55,953 nucleotides of DNA, from contig DSAS01000187.1 in NCBI GenBank assembly GCA_011046365.1, positions 1-55,953 of the forward strand. Direction: 5' to 3'. The notes beneath the pieces were generated by a model. That model saw only the letters and a list, made by a program, of their open reading frames with translations, had not been told where the DNA came from and made no database searches. Within the stretch, counting starts at the first letter, position 1, and the number at the start of each line of letters is the position of its first letter. Of the stretch, positions 34,563 through 44,831 are shown in pieces. The stretch is from Fidelibacterota bacterium. Lineage in GTDB: Bacteria; Fidelibacterota; UBA2242. Both the position numbers and the translations under genes were made by a program.

Positions 34563-36269
34563 ATGCTAATATTTGAATGGGACAAAAAGGAAATCAATGC
34601 ACAAAAGGTGAAGGACCTGGCGGCAGAGCTGCAGATTCCCCTACCCATTGCAACGGTTCTATACAACCGCGGTTTTACTGACAGCGCCAATATTCAGCAT
34701 TTTTTCAATCCCAGCTTTCAGGACCTCTACGATCCCTTTTTAATGCTGGATATGGAAAAAGCCGTGGATCGTCTTCAGAAGGCTCTGCTGAACAGAGAGA
34801 CGGTCTTAATTTACGGTGATTATGATGTAGATGGCACTACTGCCACCTCCCTTCTGTACCTGTTTCTGCACGAAATCGGACTCAGCACCTGCTACTACAT
34901 TCCCGATCGGGAAAAGGAGGGCTACGGTCTCTCAAAAGCGGGCATTGACGAAGCGATCCAAAAGAAAGCCAGCCTGATCATTTCCTGCGATTGCGGTATC
35001 AATGCTTTCGATGAGATTGATTATGCCGGGGCAAACGGTATTGATTTAATTGTCACCGACCATCATGAACCGGCAGAAAAGCTGCCCGCGGCACTGGCAA
35101 TTTTGGACCCCAAGCGGGAAAGCGACCCATACCCTTTCAAGGAGCTCTGCGGCGCTGGTGTCGCCTTCAAGATGCTGCAGGCTTTTTCTTTAAAAAACAA
35201 TATCCCCCAGGAAAAACTGTACCGTCACCTGGACCTGGTCGCTATCGGTACCGCCGCCGATATTGTGCCCATTCTGGATGAAAACCGGGTCCTGGTCTCT
35301 AAGGGGCTCGAGTACCTGAACCGGACAAACAAAGTCGGCGTAAATGCCCTGTTGAAAGTCTCCGGCTTTACGAATAAGATTCTCAATGTGGTTAATATTG
35401 TCTTTGGTCTGGCGCCCCGTATCAATGCGGCGGGACGTTTGGGTGAAGCCACCCGAGCGGTGAAGCTATTAACCTCCTTCGATCGGGGTGAATCCAGGGC
35501 GCTCTCGTCGCTGCTCGAACAAGAAAACAAGCAGCGCCAAAATATCGAAAAGGATACCATTGACCAGGCTATCCTGCAACTCAACGCCACCCATGATATC
35601 TACAAAGACAAACTCTTTGTCCTATCGGGTGAAAACTGGCATCAGGGTGTCATCGGGATCGTTGCGTCTAAAATCAAAGAAATCTACAACCGCCCCGTGG
35701 TAATGATTTCCACCCAGAACGGCATCGGGAAAGGCTCCGCCAGAAGCATCGCCGATTTCGACCTCTACAATGCCTTTACCCGCTGCGCTGATCTGCTGGA
35801 AAATTATGGCGGACATAAAATGGCAGCCGGGCTAACGATTAAAAAAGAGATGATCCCTAGATTTCAGCAACGTATTCAGCGCATTGCCAATCAGCAGATT
35901 ACCGAAGAGATGCTGAATCCAAGATTGACAATTGATTGTGAAATTGACTTTGCTGAAATTAATCAGGACCTTTTACTACACCTGAAAAAAATGGCGCCCT
36001 TCGGACCGGGGAATATGCGCCCGGTTTTTATGTCACGCAATCTGACCGTTGCCGGCTTGCCCCGGATTGTTGGTGAAAATCATCTGAAATTTAAGGCTTC
36101 CAAAAATAAAAAAATCATCAGCGCCATCGGTTGGAAACTGGGCACACTATACGAAATGCTGGTCAGTAACCGACCTCTGGACATGGCTTTTGTCATTGAA
36201 GAAAATGAGTGGAATGGAATAAAGGAAATTCAGCTCAATATTAAAGATATACGCTATGCGGATGAGTAA
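34563..36269 (+). CDS. recJ: single-stranded-DNA-specific exonuclease RecJ
   Basis: DHH family motifs GDYDVDGTTA, SCDCG, VTDHHEP and GGHKMAAG. 568 aa. Confidence 0.95.
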   Translation: MLIFEWDKKEINAQKVKDLAAELQIPLPIATVLYNRGFTDSANIQHFFNPSFQDLYDPFLMLDMEKAVDRLQKALLNRETVLIYGDYDVDGTTATSLLYLFLHEIGLSTCYYIPDREKEGYGLSKAGIDEAIQKKASLIISCDCGINAFDEIDYAGANGIDLIVTDHHEPAEKLPAALAILDPKRESDPYPFKELCGAGVAFKMLQAFSLKNNIPQEKLYRHLDLVAIGTAADIVPILDENRVLVSKGLEYLNRTNKVGVNALLKVSGFTNKILNVVNIVFGLAPRINAAGRLGEATRAVKLLTSFDRGESRALSSLLEQENKQRQNIEKDTIDQAILQLNATHDIYKDKLFVLSGENWHQGVIGIVASKIKEIYNRPVVMISTQNGIGKGSARSIADFDLYNAFTRCADLLENYGGHKMAAGLTIKKEMIPRFQQRIQRIANQQITEEMLNPRLTIDCEIDFAEINQDLLLHLKKMAPFGPGNMRPVFMSRNLTVAGLPRIVGENHLKFKASKNKKIISAIGWKLGTLYEMLVSNRPLDMAFVIEENEWNGIKEIQLNIKDIRYADE

Positions 36270-36298
36270 ATTAGCTAATCTCAAGAAGGAGTTTCCAA

Positions 36299-37291
36299 AT
36301 GTATCGGAGTAAAATTGCCGGACTGGGTGCCAACGTTCCGGAAAATGTGATGACCAACTTCGATCTTGAAAAAATAATGGACACCAGCGATGAATGGATT
36401 CGCGAGCGCACCGGCATTCAGGAACGACGCTTCGTGACTCAACCCTGTGGAGCCGCTGAATTGGCTTTACCAGCTGTTCTGGCGGCAATTCAGGAAGCAA
36501 AAATTGACAAAGCGGACATTGATCTCATCATCGTCGCGACCATCACACCCGAACATCTGTTCCCGGGCACCAGCAGTTTCTTGCAGGCGCTGCTGGAAAT
36601 ACCCTATGCTCCCACTCTGGATATCCGCGTCCAATGTTCCGGGTTTATTTACGGACTCTCAATTGCCGATCAGTTTATTAAGACCGGGATGTATGAAAAT
36701 ATCTTGTTGGTTGGAGTAGAAATTCAATCGGTTGGTCTCGATCTCAGCACTGCCGGTCGCGACACGGCGGTCCTTTTTGGTGACGGCGCCGGCGCAGTTG
36801 TCGTCAGTCGCTCCGATGACGACAGTGTCATTGCCTCCACCCACCTTTTTGCTGATGGGACCCATGCCAAAGACCTCTGGATTGATGCACCGGTGGGATA
36901 CGAATCACCCCGAATCACAAATGAGATGCTGGATCAGCGCCGGCAATATCCCTCAATGAACGGTCGGCAGGTTTTCAAACATGCCGTCACCCGCTTCCCG
37001 GAAGCCGTTATCGCGGCGCTCGACGCTAACGGGTGGACCCGGGAGGGCATTAAGCTGGTCGTTCCTCATCAAGCCAACATGCGTATCACCGAAGCCATTG
37101 CAAAGCGATTGGATTTGCCTCTTGAAAAAGTTTATAGTAATATACACCGTTATGGAAACACCACTGCTGCATCAATCCCTTTGGCGCTCTATGATGCCCG
37201 CCGGGAGGGTAAATTTGACAAAGGCGATCAACTGGTTCTGGCAGCATTTGGGTCCGGATTTACCTGGTCTTCCGCCGCTGTCGTATGGTAA
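36299..37291 (+). CDS. fabH: 3-oxoacyl-ACP synthase III
   Basis: Catalytic triad contexts VQCSGFIYGL, VPHQAN and YGNTTAASIP. SD AAGGAG. Confidence 0.95.
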   Translation: MYRSKIAGLGANVPENVMTNFDLEKIMDTSDEWIRERTGIQERRFVTQPCGAAELALPAVLAAIQEAKIDKADIDLIIVATITPEHLFPGTSSFLQALLEIPYAPTLDIRVQCSGFIYGLSIADQFIKTGMYENILLVGVEIQSVGLDLSTAGRDTAVLFGDGAGAVVVSRSDDDSVIASTHLFADGTHAKDLWIDAPVGYESPRITNEMLDQRRQYPSMNGRQVFKHAVTRFPEAVIAALDANGWTREGIKLVVPHQANMRITEAIAKRLDLPLEKVYSNIHRYGNTTAASIPLALYDARREGKFDKGDQLVLAAFGSGFTWSSAAVVW

Positions 37292-37308
37292 CGAGAGGAT
37301 AAAAACCC

Positions 37309-39702
37309 GTGGCTAATCTGAGCTTTCTCACCACCAAAGAGACCGATCGTCTTGACGTACAGATATCGAAACGGCATAAGCAGTGGTCTGTTTTATGGAC
37401 GATCTTAACGATTTTAATCATCGCTCTGCTGTTTCCCAAAAACCGTTATAGTGTCTTCAGTTATAAAATCAACGATATCACCCGCTCTACCATCATCGCT
37501 CCTTTTGATTTTCCGGTCCTGAAATCTGACGAGGAATTGGCTAAAGACCGCAACGAAGCCCTGAAGAAAATTCCCTTTGTCTTCAGACTCAACCGGGAAG
37601 TTGAGAACTCCGAGCTGGCGAATCTGGAAACCTTTTTCCTGGATGTGGAAAAGATTCATACGGCGAAAATCAAATACGATGACTCTATGAAGTTGCTGGA
37701 TCGTTATCGCTATTCCAAGCGATTCGATGAAATCCAATCAATGGTGCAGACAGACTCGATTTCCTATAAAAATCTGCTGACGCAGCTGTACGACAAATAC
37801 CCCTTCGACAAAAAATCGCTGGTCTACAAACAACTGCTGTTCGATCGTGCAAACAGCAAGGATGACGTCCTTGCACCGCAGAATTTTTTTCCTCAGCTGA
37901 AACAGATTCTCAGTGATCTTTACGGACGTCTGATAATTGACATATCCAAAAATGCCATCATCAGCGAGCAGGTCTCGATCCAACAGGAAAATGAAGAATT
38001 TTTAGAAAATAAGGATCAGCTACTGACTCTCGAAGATGCCTGGACCAAAGCCAAACTGACTCTGCAAGCCAAATATCCGGAACAGGATTCCCGGATTATC
38101 AATTCGGGCTACGAAATCATCATCCAGTTTCTGAAACCAAATCTGATCTATCAAAAGGAGCTCACTGAAGCACGCCAACAGGAAGTCATCAATAAGGTTC
38201 CCATCAGCAAAGGTATCGTCCTCGAAAATGAAAAAATCGTGGACGCCAATACCAAAATCACCCCGGAGATATTCCGGAAACTGGAATCAATGTCAAAAGA
38301 GCACATCCGCCGAGCAAATATCCGCGGCGGATTACGGAAAAGTCTGCCGGTCATCGGTGATCCGATTATCTTTCTGGGACAGATACTCCTGGTAACAATC
38401 ATTGTACTCTTTTTTATAACCTTCCTGCTGTCCTACCGCCGGTCCATTGTGAAGGACCCCAAAATGATCCTTCTGCTGGGCATAATATTCATTATCGAAT
38501 CGGGATTCACAGCTATCTTTGTCCAAAAGTTTGGGCTTTCCGAATTCGCCATTCCCATCACCATCGCCGCCATGACCATGACCATCCTCTTCGACAGCCG
38601 TATAGCCTTCGTCGGCGCTGCTACCATTACCCTGATCGTGGGTGCGCAACTAAGGGGCAGCCTGGATTTCATTATTGCATCGGTATTCGTGAACTCATTT
38701 GCCATCTTTTCTGTTCGCAAACTACGTAAACGGAGCCAGGTTTTTCAATCCGTCATCTACATTTTAATGGGATATCTGATCAGCATCAGCGTCAATGAAC
38801 TTTTGAAATACTCATCCATCACAGAAATGACCGAGACCCTAACCTATGCCGGTATCAATGCCATCCTGTCACCATTTTTCGCCTATGGATTAATCGGCGT
38901 TCTGGAAATGGCTTTCGGGATCACTACCGATTTGACCCTGCTGGAACTGGCGGATTTTAATCACCCTCTTTTGAAAGCCCTATCCAAGGAGGCAACCGGC
39001 ACTTTTACCCATTGTGTTACCGTCGGCAATCTGGCTGAGGCGGCTGCCGATTCCATCGGCGCCAATGCCCTGTTAGCGCGGGTTGGTGCCTATTATCACG
39101 ACATCGGCAAGATTACAAAACCGGAATATTTCATTGAAAATCAAGCCTACGACAGCAATAAACACGACAATCTGGCACCCAATCTCAGCGCTCTGATCAT
39201 TATTAATCACATCAAGGAAGGTTTACGGCTCGCCAAGGAGTATAAATTGCCCAAGGCGATTGTTGACTTTATTCCATCTCATCACGGCACCACCCGGGTC
39301 GAATACTTTTACAACAGAGCCAAAGAAATTGCCGGTAAAGACGCGGTTATCAACGACAGCGATTTCCGTTATCCCGGTCCGAAACCACAAACCAAAGAGA
39401 CCGGCATTGTGATGATCTGTGAAACTATCGAAGCCGCCTCGCGGTCACTGGAAAAACCAACCCTCAATAATATCGAAAAAATAATTGATTCCATCATCGG
39501 CAAACGCCTCCTGGAGGGGCAGCTGGATGAGTGCCCGCTGACGTTCGCCGACTTGAAAAAAATCAAGGGCGATATCAAAACCAATACGGGAATTCTCCCC
39601 ATTCTCAAAGGTATCCATCATTTACGGGTCGAGTATCCCGGTCAGGAAAAGGAACTTGCTAATAAATCTACCAAAACCAAACCGACCAAAGCCCGCTCCT
39701 GA
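37309..39702 (+). CDS. pgpH: 7TM-receptor HD-domain phosphohydrolase (PgpH/YqfF-like)
   Basis: Extracellular N-terminal domain, seven TM helices, then an HD domain (THCVTVGNLA, YYHDIGK, SHHGT). Classic position upstream of ybeY. Confidence 0.85.
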   Translation: MANLSFLTTKETDRLDVQISKRHKQWSVLWTILTILIIALLFPKNRYSVFSYKINDITRSTIIAPFDFPVLKSDEELAKDRNEALKKIPFVFRLNREVENSELANLETFFLDVEKIHTAKIKYDDSMKLLDRYRYSKRFDEIQSMVQTDSISYKNLLTQLYDKYPFDKKSLVYKQLLFDRANSKDDVLAPQNFFPQLKQILSDLYGRLIIDISKNAIISEQVSIQQENEEFLENKDQLLTLEDAWTKAKLTLQAKYPEQDSRIINSGYEIIIQFLKPNLIYQKELTEARQQEVINKVPISKGIVLENEKIVDANTKITPEIFRKLESMSKEHIRRANIRGGLRKSLPVIGDPIIFLGQILLVTIIVLFFITFLLSYRRSIVKDPKMILLLGIIFIIESGFTAIFVQKFGLSEFAIPITIAAMTMTILFDSRIAFVGAATITLIVGAQLRGSLDFIIASVFVNSFAIFSVRKLRKRSQVFQSVIYILMGYLISISVNELLKYSSITEMTETLTYAGINAILSPFFAYGLIGVLEMAFGITTDLTLLELADFNHPLLKALSKEATGTFTHCVTVGNLAEAAADSIGANALLARVGAYYHDIGKITKPEYFIENQAYDSNKHDNLAPNLSALIIINHIKEGLRLAKEYKLPKAIVDFIPSHHGTTRVEYFYNRAKEIAGKDAVINDSDFRYPGPKPQTKETGIVMICETIEAASRSLEKPTLNNIEKIIDSIIGKRLLEGQLDECPLTFADLKKIKGDIKTNTGILPILKGIHHLRVEYPGQEKELANKSTKTKPTKARS

Positions 39703-40157
39703 TGCCCGCCATTACTGTCATTAATCATTACCCGAATTTTCGACTGCTTACTCCTGCCGTGAATACCGCCCTCCAATATATCGCTTCCGGTGAACAGCAA
39801 AAGGTTAAGAATATTCTACTGATTGCCACCGACGATACAACCCTCAACCGTTTGAAAAAGCAATATTTCGGGGACGATGTTTTAACCGATACCATCAGCT
39901 TCAATTATAATGAACCGGGGCTGGCGATTGAAGGTGAAATTTACCTGAGCATTGACCGGATTCGTGAAAATGCCCAAAAATATGGAAACAATTTTAAAAA
40001 CGAATTGATGCTGGTCATCATTCACAGTTTGCTACATCTGATGGGCTACGATGACGTCACCGCTGCGGATCAAAGAAGGATGGCGGAGCGCCAGCGTAAA
40101 TATCTGGAAAAAGTTCAGGTGAAATACCTTTTTCGAAATCTCAAGCAACTGAGATAG
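39702..40157 (+). CDS. ybeY: rRNA maturation endoribonuclease YbeY
   Basis: HSLLHLMGYDD zinc-binding motif. 151 aa. The start overlaps the pgpH stop. Confidence 0.9.
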   Translation: MPAITVINHYPNFRLLTPAVNTALQYIASGEQQKVKNILLIATDDTTLNRLKKQYFGDDVLTDTISFNYNEPGLAIEGEIYLSIDRIRENAQKYGNNFKNELMLVIIHSLLHLMGYDDVTAADQRRMAERQRKYLEKVQVKYLFRNLKQLR

Positions 40158-40160
40158 ACA

Positions 40161-40958
40161 ATGTCCGATAATTCCAAACTCACCGAGCAATTTCTGCGAT
40201 TGATCCAAATCGTCAAAACACTGCGCAGTCCGGCGGGATGCCAATGGGACCGCGCTCAGACACCGGAATCTCTCACCCCCTACTTTCTTGAGGAAACCTA
40301 CGAAACTATCGAAGCCATCCATGCAGGCAATCTGGAAAAACTAAAGGAGGAATTGGGCGATCTTTTGCTTCACATCGTCTTTCAGGCTGATATCGCCGAA
40401 GAAAATAATCGCTTCTCACTGGCTGACTCCCTGAAAAATATCTGCGACAAGCTGGAACGCCGGCACCCTCATGTTTTTGGCGATGTTGTGGTTAATAATA
40501 TCCGGGACATTAAACAAAACTGGGAAGAGATTAAACTAAAAGAGGGTCGGAAATCTCTGATGGAGGGGCTGCCCAAGACCCTCCCGGCGCTGCTCCTTGC
40601 CCGCCGCATTCAGGAACGCGCTGCGGAAGTCGGTTTCGATTGGGATAAAATTGATTCGGTCTGGGAAAAAGTGCATGAAGAAATCGAGGAATTACGAACA
40701 GCTATCAAAAACGCGGATAAATCCGCTATCAATATCGAATTCGGTGATATCCTCTTTTCGCTGGTCAATCTCTCCCGCTTCCTGGAAATTAATCCCGAGA
40801 AAGCTCTGACAGACACCTCGAAAAAATTTGTCAAACGATTTCAATATATCGAGAAACGGCTGAAGAAGAAAAACCAGAAGCTTCGCGATACCTCGCTGAA
40901 GGAGATGGATGAAATCTGGAACGAAATCCGCTCAGCCGACAAATCTTCAAAAGCATAA
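40161..40958 (+). CDS. mazG: nucleoside triphosphate pyrophosphohydrolase MazG
   Basis: Tandem MazG repeats: CQWDRAQT...EETYETIEAI...EELGDLLLH, then GFDW...HEEIEEL...EFGDILFSL. Confidence 0.9.
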   Translation: MSDNSKLTEQFLRLIQIVKTLRSPAGCQWDRAQTPESLTPYFLEETYETIEAIHAGNLEKLKEELGDLLLHIVFQADIAEENNRFSLADSLKNICDKLERRHPHVFGDVVVNNIRDIKQNWEEIKLKEGRKSLMEGLPKTLPALLLARRIQERAAEVGFDWDKIDSVWEKVHEEIEELRTAIKNADKSAINIEFGDILFSLVNLSRFLEINPEKALTDTSKKFVKRFQYIEKRLKKKNQKLRDTSLKEMDEIWNEIRSADKSSKA

Positions 40959-40967
40959 TTCTTATCT

Positions 40968-40988
40968 GAAAAAATTGTAAATTTTTTC
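40968..40988. repeat. perfect 9-bp A/T inverted repeat just after mazG
   Basis: GAAAAAATT-gta-AATTTTTTC. It could be a weak terminator hairpin or an UP-like element for the promoter that follows. Confidence 0.5.
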
Positions 40989-40997
40989 GAAAAGGGC

Positions 40998-41026
40998 TTG
41001 AAGCTTAGCCACCAATAGTTTATATT
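40998..41026 (+). promoter_or_regulatory. sigma70-like promoter candidate driving the structured intergenic RNA
   Basis: TTGAAG (40998-41003), an exact 17-nt spacer and TATATT (41021-41026). It lies in a convergent-gene gap where no mRNA promoter is needed. Confidence 0.4.
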
Positions 41027-41033
41027 GAATTGT

Positions 41034-41218
41034 GAGGTCTTTGAAATGTATCCTGCAATGGTATATCCTATATTTTTAGAACCAACACTTTAAATATGGG
41101 AGCTGGACTTCGGGCGCGGAAAGCATGCCCCCTCGTCGGGGAAACTTGAACCGTCCGAGAGGTGCCCACCGTGATGATCACGGTTCTAAAAACGTATCGC
41201 CATTGCAGGATATTTTCA
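41034..41218 (+). ncRNA. candidate 6S-like RNA (long irregular hairpin with central bubble); strand not certain
   Basis: Hand-folded. 5 bp (41042-46/41214-18), 13 bp (41049-61/41200-12) and 11 bp (41073-83/41182-92), all Watson-Crick. These are followed by a 14x14-nt bubble flanked by G-C pairs, with a mini-hairpin GTGA-tga-TCAC on the 3' side, then an internal GC-rich arm containing CCGTCCGAGA. Confidence 0.4.
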
Positions 41219-41881
41219 TTTCCGCTTGCCTTGTGACTCACACACCCACGCTGCAGAATCCAGCGTTTCAATATCCGCCTTCAGTCGGTCAAGGTCTTGC
41301 ACCCGAACTTCAACCCGAACGGTAACATGCGTTTCAGTATATTCGGGCTGAACCGAAAGACGGTACCTTCTTAAAATACGCATAATGTCCGAATATTCGG
41401 CTGGATCACAACGGATTATCAGGGTGGACTTGGGAGTATGCTTCTGCCTGCCTGCCGCTTCCAATGCTTCCGCTGCCGCCGTGCTGTAGGCGCGAACCAA
41501 ACCACCTATGCCCAACTTCGTTCCACCGAAATAGCGGACTACCAGGCAGAGGACATTGACCAGTTTCTGGTTCTCAATCGCTGCCAGAATCGGCGCTCCC
41601 GCCGAACCGGAAGGTTCACCGGCGTCGGAGCTGTAGCCAAGAATCTGCCCGTTCTGATCTAACCGGCAAGCCCAGCAGACATGAGTGGCTTTGGCATGTT
41701 CTGTCTCCACGTCTCCCACTACTTTTCGGGCTTCTTCCCGGGATTCAGCCGGATAAACCCGGGCAACGAACTTTGAGCCCTTTACTCTCAGGATGCATTC
41801 GGACGGCTGCTTGATTTGATAATTCAAAAAAATAGTAGCTTTAATTAATAATTGTAAACTTGCGTACCACTTCGGAATCAT
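41216..41881 (-). CDS. yigZ: YigZ/IMPACT-family protein
   Basis: KGSKFVARVYPAESREEA, THVCWA and SDAGEPSGSAGAPIL. The ORF-track start overlaps the upstream gene by 41 nt, and a TTG near 41827 is a plausible alternative start. Confidence 0.85.
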   Translation of the reverse strand: MIPKWYASLQLLIKATIFLNYQIKQPSECILRVKGSKFVARVYPAESREEARKVVGDVETEHAKATHVCWACRLDQNGQILGYSSDAGEPSGSAGAPILAAIENQKLVNVLCLVVRYFGGTKLGIGGLVRAYSTAAAEALEAAGRQKHTPKSTLIIRCDPAEYSDIMRILRRYRLSVQPEYTETHVTVRVEVRVQDLDRLKADIETLDSAAWVCESQGKRK

Positions 41882-43511
41882 CAGCCAGCAGACGTAAAAA
41901 ATAGATACCCGAACTGATGTTGCGGATCTGCAATTCCGCGGACCTGATTTCTAAAAGCAGAATTCCCGGATTGAGATTTTCACCGTCAATGATGCGGCTG
42001 TAGACCTGCTGACCGAGCAGATTATAAATCTGCAGCTGCAGCTTGTCAATAAATTTACCCAGTTGCAGATTAAATTTCAGCGAAGCATGACGCTGGCTGG
42101 AATAAGGATTTGCCCAGAGCTCCAGAATTTTCGTCGGGAATGTTTCGGTGATAGTCAATTCGAGATGTAAATCCCGGCTCTGCTCAATGGAAGTATTGGT
42201 TACAAAGAGAGCCAGCTGATCACTTCTCCGGGTTTCTCCGACAAAGACCTCCGTCTGATCGGCGAATTTGCGAAAAAAATCACCCGCCGAATATTGATCG
42301 ATCAGATAACTGCCTTTGAACTCCCCACTCACTGGTGACTTGACCTCTAAATTTAAAAACTGGTTCGTCGTAAACGAGACCGCATACGGCGCAGTCGCCA
42401 ATGGATTGACCGCTCCTTCGATCAGCAGGGAATCAACAAATGACCGCTTCGTCAGTACCATCTCAGGAAAGAGTCGGGCGTCTGGAGAAACGGCATACAA
42501 TTCATTATACCGGGCGCCTGTATAGTAGCAGGCAGCCATAAAACTGTTATACTGGTTCGCCAGGTCGCCGCCATACTCACTGATCACGTCCATCAGTGCC
42601 TGTAGCGCATACTGACTCTTGATCTTTTCCCAAACCTTCTGAATCAATCGCTCATCACCGTAAATATCAATCAAATAGGCAATAAAAGGACCCAGGGCAT
42701 AGGCATAGCTGCTGTGCCAGATCGAGCGGGTTGGATTGGCGAAAAATCCATTGACATACTGCACATAATCGTTAATTTCCGGATAAGCCCGTTCTTCGAA
42801 CCAGGTGGACGACCATTCCAGAAAATAGGTGTCACCGTTGCTCCCCGGCAGATCATTTTCCCAATACCAATTATACCCCAATTGCACCACATGAAAATAT
42901 TCATGGGCAATGGTCACCCGCATTCCATTTAGTCCTCTGGTGTGATAACCCATTTCGCTATAATCATTATCAATCGTCGTATAGGCGGTCCAGTCATCAG
43001 ACCGGCTGGTTGAAACAACTTCATTTTCATTGTAGGTGTAAGCGTAGGCACTGCCACCCAGATTCATCACGTAAATATCCGTTTCCGGTGTGGCGGAATC
43101 GTCCACGGGTGGCGGATCAAAACCGAGGGTGTCCACCAAAATCCGGTAGGCGTATTCCGCCGCAAGCGCCGCCTCATAGATATAATCCGGGACGCCGTCC
43201 GCGTTGGTTGACAGCGGATCAACGGCATCGTAGCCGGTTTCAGTATAGTGAAATAAAAAATTTCCCGCAGAGCTGCGATAGAGTTGTTCGTTATCCAGAT
43301 TCGGACGGGAATATTGGGCTTTCCCCAGCAATTTTCCCCGCTGATGCGGATGGATCAACAGAGATTTAATTGGTTTTATCTCGAGAGATTTAGTGGATTC
43401 CGCTGGTTTGATGGACTGGAGATATGCCATGATCGCCGTATGGGAATCATCAGCGGGAAACAGGGCGCCTGTGAAAATCAAAAGAGTCGCTATAATTATT
43501 CTCAGGATCAT
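41841..43511 (-). CDS. secreted putative zinc metalloprotease (HExxH) with T9SS-type C-terminal domain
   Basis: Signal peptide, TIAHEYFHVVQ (HExxH), and a C-terminal sorting domain (LQIYNLLGQQV...SGIYFLRLLADD...KFTIIN). Confidence 0.7.
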   Translation of the reverse strand: MILRIIIATLLIFTGALFPADDSHTAIMAYLQSIKPAESTKSLEIKPIKSLLIHPHQRGKLLGKAQYSRPNLDNEQLYRSSAGNFLFHYTETGYDAVDPLSTNADGVPDYIYEAALAAEYAYRILVDTLGFDPPPVDDSATPETDIYVMNLGGSAYAYTYNENEVVSTSRSDDWTAYTTIDNDYSEMGYHTRGLNGMRVTIAHEYFHVVQLGYNWYWENDLPGSNGDTYFLEWSSTWFEERAYPEINDYVQYVNGFFANPTRSIWHSSYAYALGPFIAYLIDIYGDERLIQKVWEKIKSQYALQALMDVISEYGGDLANQYNSFMAACYYTGARYNELYAVSPDARLFPEMVLTKRSFVDSLLIEGAVNPLATAPYAVSFTTNQFLNLEVKSPVSGEFKGSYLIDQYSAGDFFRKFADQTEVFVGETRRSDQLALFVTNTSIEQSRDLHLELTITETFPTKILELWANPYSSQRHASLKFNLQLGKFIDKLQLQIYNLLGQQVYSRIIDGENLNPGILLLEIRSAELQIRNISSGIYFLRLLADDSEVVRKFTIIN

Positions 43512-43514
43512 AAG

Positions 43515-44831
43515 TTATTTCTGCCGAAAGAGCAGCGTCACCGGTACACCGGTGAAATCAAACTCTTTGCGTAACTGATTTTCCAAAAAACGACGATAAT
43601 CCTCCTTGATATTTTTCGGATCATTGCAAAAAAACAGAATCACCGGCGGATTAGTTTTGACCTGGGTGACATATTTAATCTGGATATGTTTTCCCATAAC
43701 AGCCGGCGGTGGAGTGCGGTTGATAACCTCCTGAAAATATTTATTGAGCCGGTTGGTAGGAATACGTTGCGCCAGAGACCGATAGACATCGGTGGCGGTT
43801 TTCAGGATCTGTCCGACACGTTGTTTTGTCAAAGCCGAGATAAAGATCATCGGGTAATAGGCAATTTCCGGGAAACGGTCAATGATATCCTGTCGAAAGT
43901 TTTTCAGTGTTTTGGAGTCTTTTTCAATCAGGTCCCACTTATTAATTACGATCACCAACCCTTTTTTCCGGTCTATAATTGTTCGCACAATATGGGCGTC
44001 CTGACGGTTAAAGCCTTTCAGCGCATCAATTACGAGCAGCACGACATTGCAGCGCTGAATCGCCCGGTCGGTACGGACACTGCTGTAAAATTCGATGCTG
44101 TCCTTGATATTGCTCTTTTTTCGTAAACCGGCGGTGTCAATCAAAGTGATTGGCTCGCCATAATATTTTATTTCTGAGTCAATGGAATCACGGGTTGTGC
44201 CGGGAATTTCTGTGACGATATTTTTTTCAATGCCGAGAATTGCGTTGACAACCGAAGATTTTCCGGCATTGGGCATCCCGACGATAGCCAGCCGTGGATG
44301 GTCCGGTGCCTCCTGCTTTTCCGGGGCGGCAGAGGGCAAATTATCAAGAATCAGGTCCAGAAGATCGCCGATGCGGCGACCGTTTAGAGCAGAAATAGGA
44401 AATACCTCCCCAAAACCCAGTTTATAAAACTCAAAACGGGTGTTTTCACGCTTTTCATTATCACACTTATTGGCAATCAGAATAATCGGCTTTACGACGG
44501 TGCGGAGCAATTCGGCGATCTGGCTGTCCATCGGCATAATCTGATCAGTTATATCCACCAGAAACAGAATCAGATCGGCTTCCTGAATCGCCAATTCAAC
44601 CTGCGCCCGGACGGCACTCTCGATCGTATCCCGACTTTCCGGAACATAGCCACCGGTGTCAATCAAACGGAATTGGCGACCAGCCCAGTTGACCGTTTCA
44701 TAGATGCGGTCACGGGTTATCCCAGCCTGGGGATGGACGATGGATTTCCGCTTCCGGGCAATACGATTGAACAGAGTAGATTTTCCGACATTCGGTCGCC
44801 CGATAATCGCTACCGTCGGCTCACTCTTCAA
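43515..44831 (-). CDS. der: ribosome biogenesis GTPase Der (EngA)
   Basis: Two GTPase domains (GRPNVGKST/DTGG/NKCD and GMPNAGKSS/DTAG/NKWD) plus a KH-like C-terminus. Confidence 0.95.
   Translation of the reverse strand: MKSEPTVAIIGRPNVGKSTLFNRIARKRKSIVHPQAGITRDRIYETVNWAGRQFRLIDTGGYVPESRDTIESAVRAQVELAIQEADLILFLVDITDQIMPMDSQIAELLRTVVKPIILIANKCDNEKRENTRFEFYKLGFGEVFPISALNGRRIGDLLDLILDNLPSAAPEKQEAPDHPRLAIVGMPNAGKSSVVNAILGIEKNIVTEIPGTTRDSIDSEIKYYGEPITLIDTAGLRKKSNIKDSIEFYSSVRTDRAIQRCNVVLLVIDALKGFNRQDAHIVRTIIDRKKGLVIVINKWDLIEKDSKTLKNFRQDIIDRFPEIAYYPMIFISALTKQRVGQILKTATDVYRSLAQRIPTNRLNKYFQEVINRTPPPAVMGKHIQIKYVTQVKTNPPVILFFCNDPKNIKEDYRRFLENQLRKEFDFTGVPVTLLFRQK

Noticed and set aside
41068-41325. ORFs of 66-67 aa in the mazG-yigZ spacer.
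   Set aside because: They overlap the extended hairpin element and the 3' end of yigZ, and have no SD or protein-like features.
41841-41881. A 41-nt overlap between the yigZ ORF start and the end of the metalloprotease gene, as a possible recoding or coupling feature.
   Set aside because: It is most simply an over-extended ORF call. A TTG near 41827 gives a normal-length YigZ.
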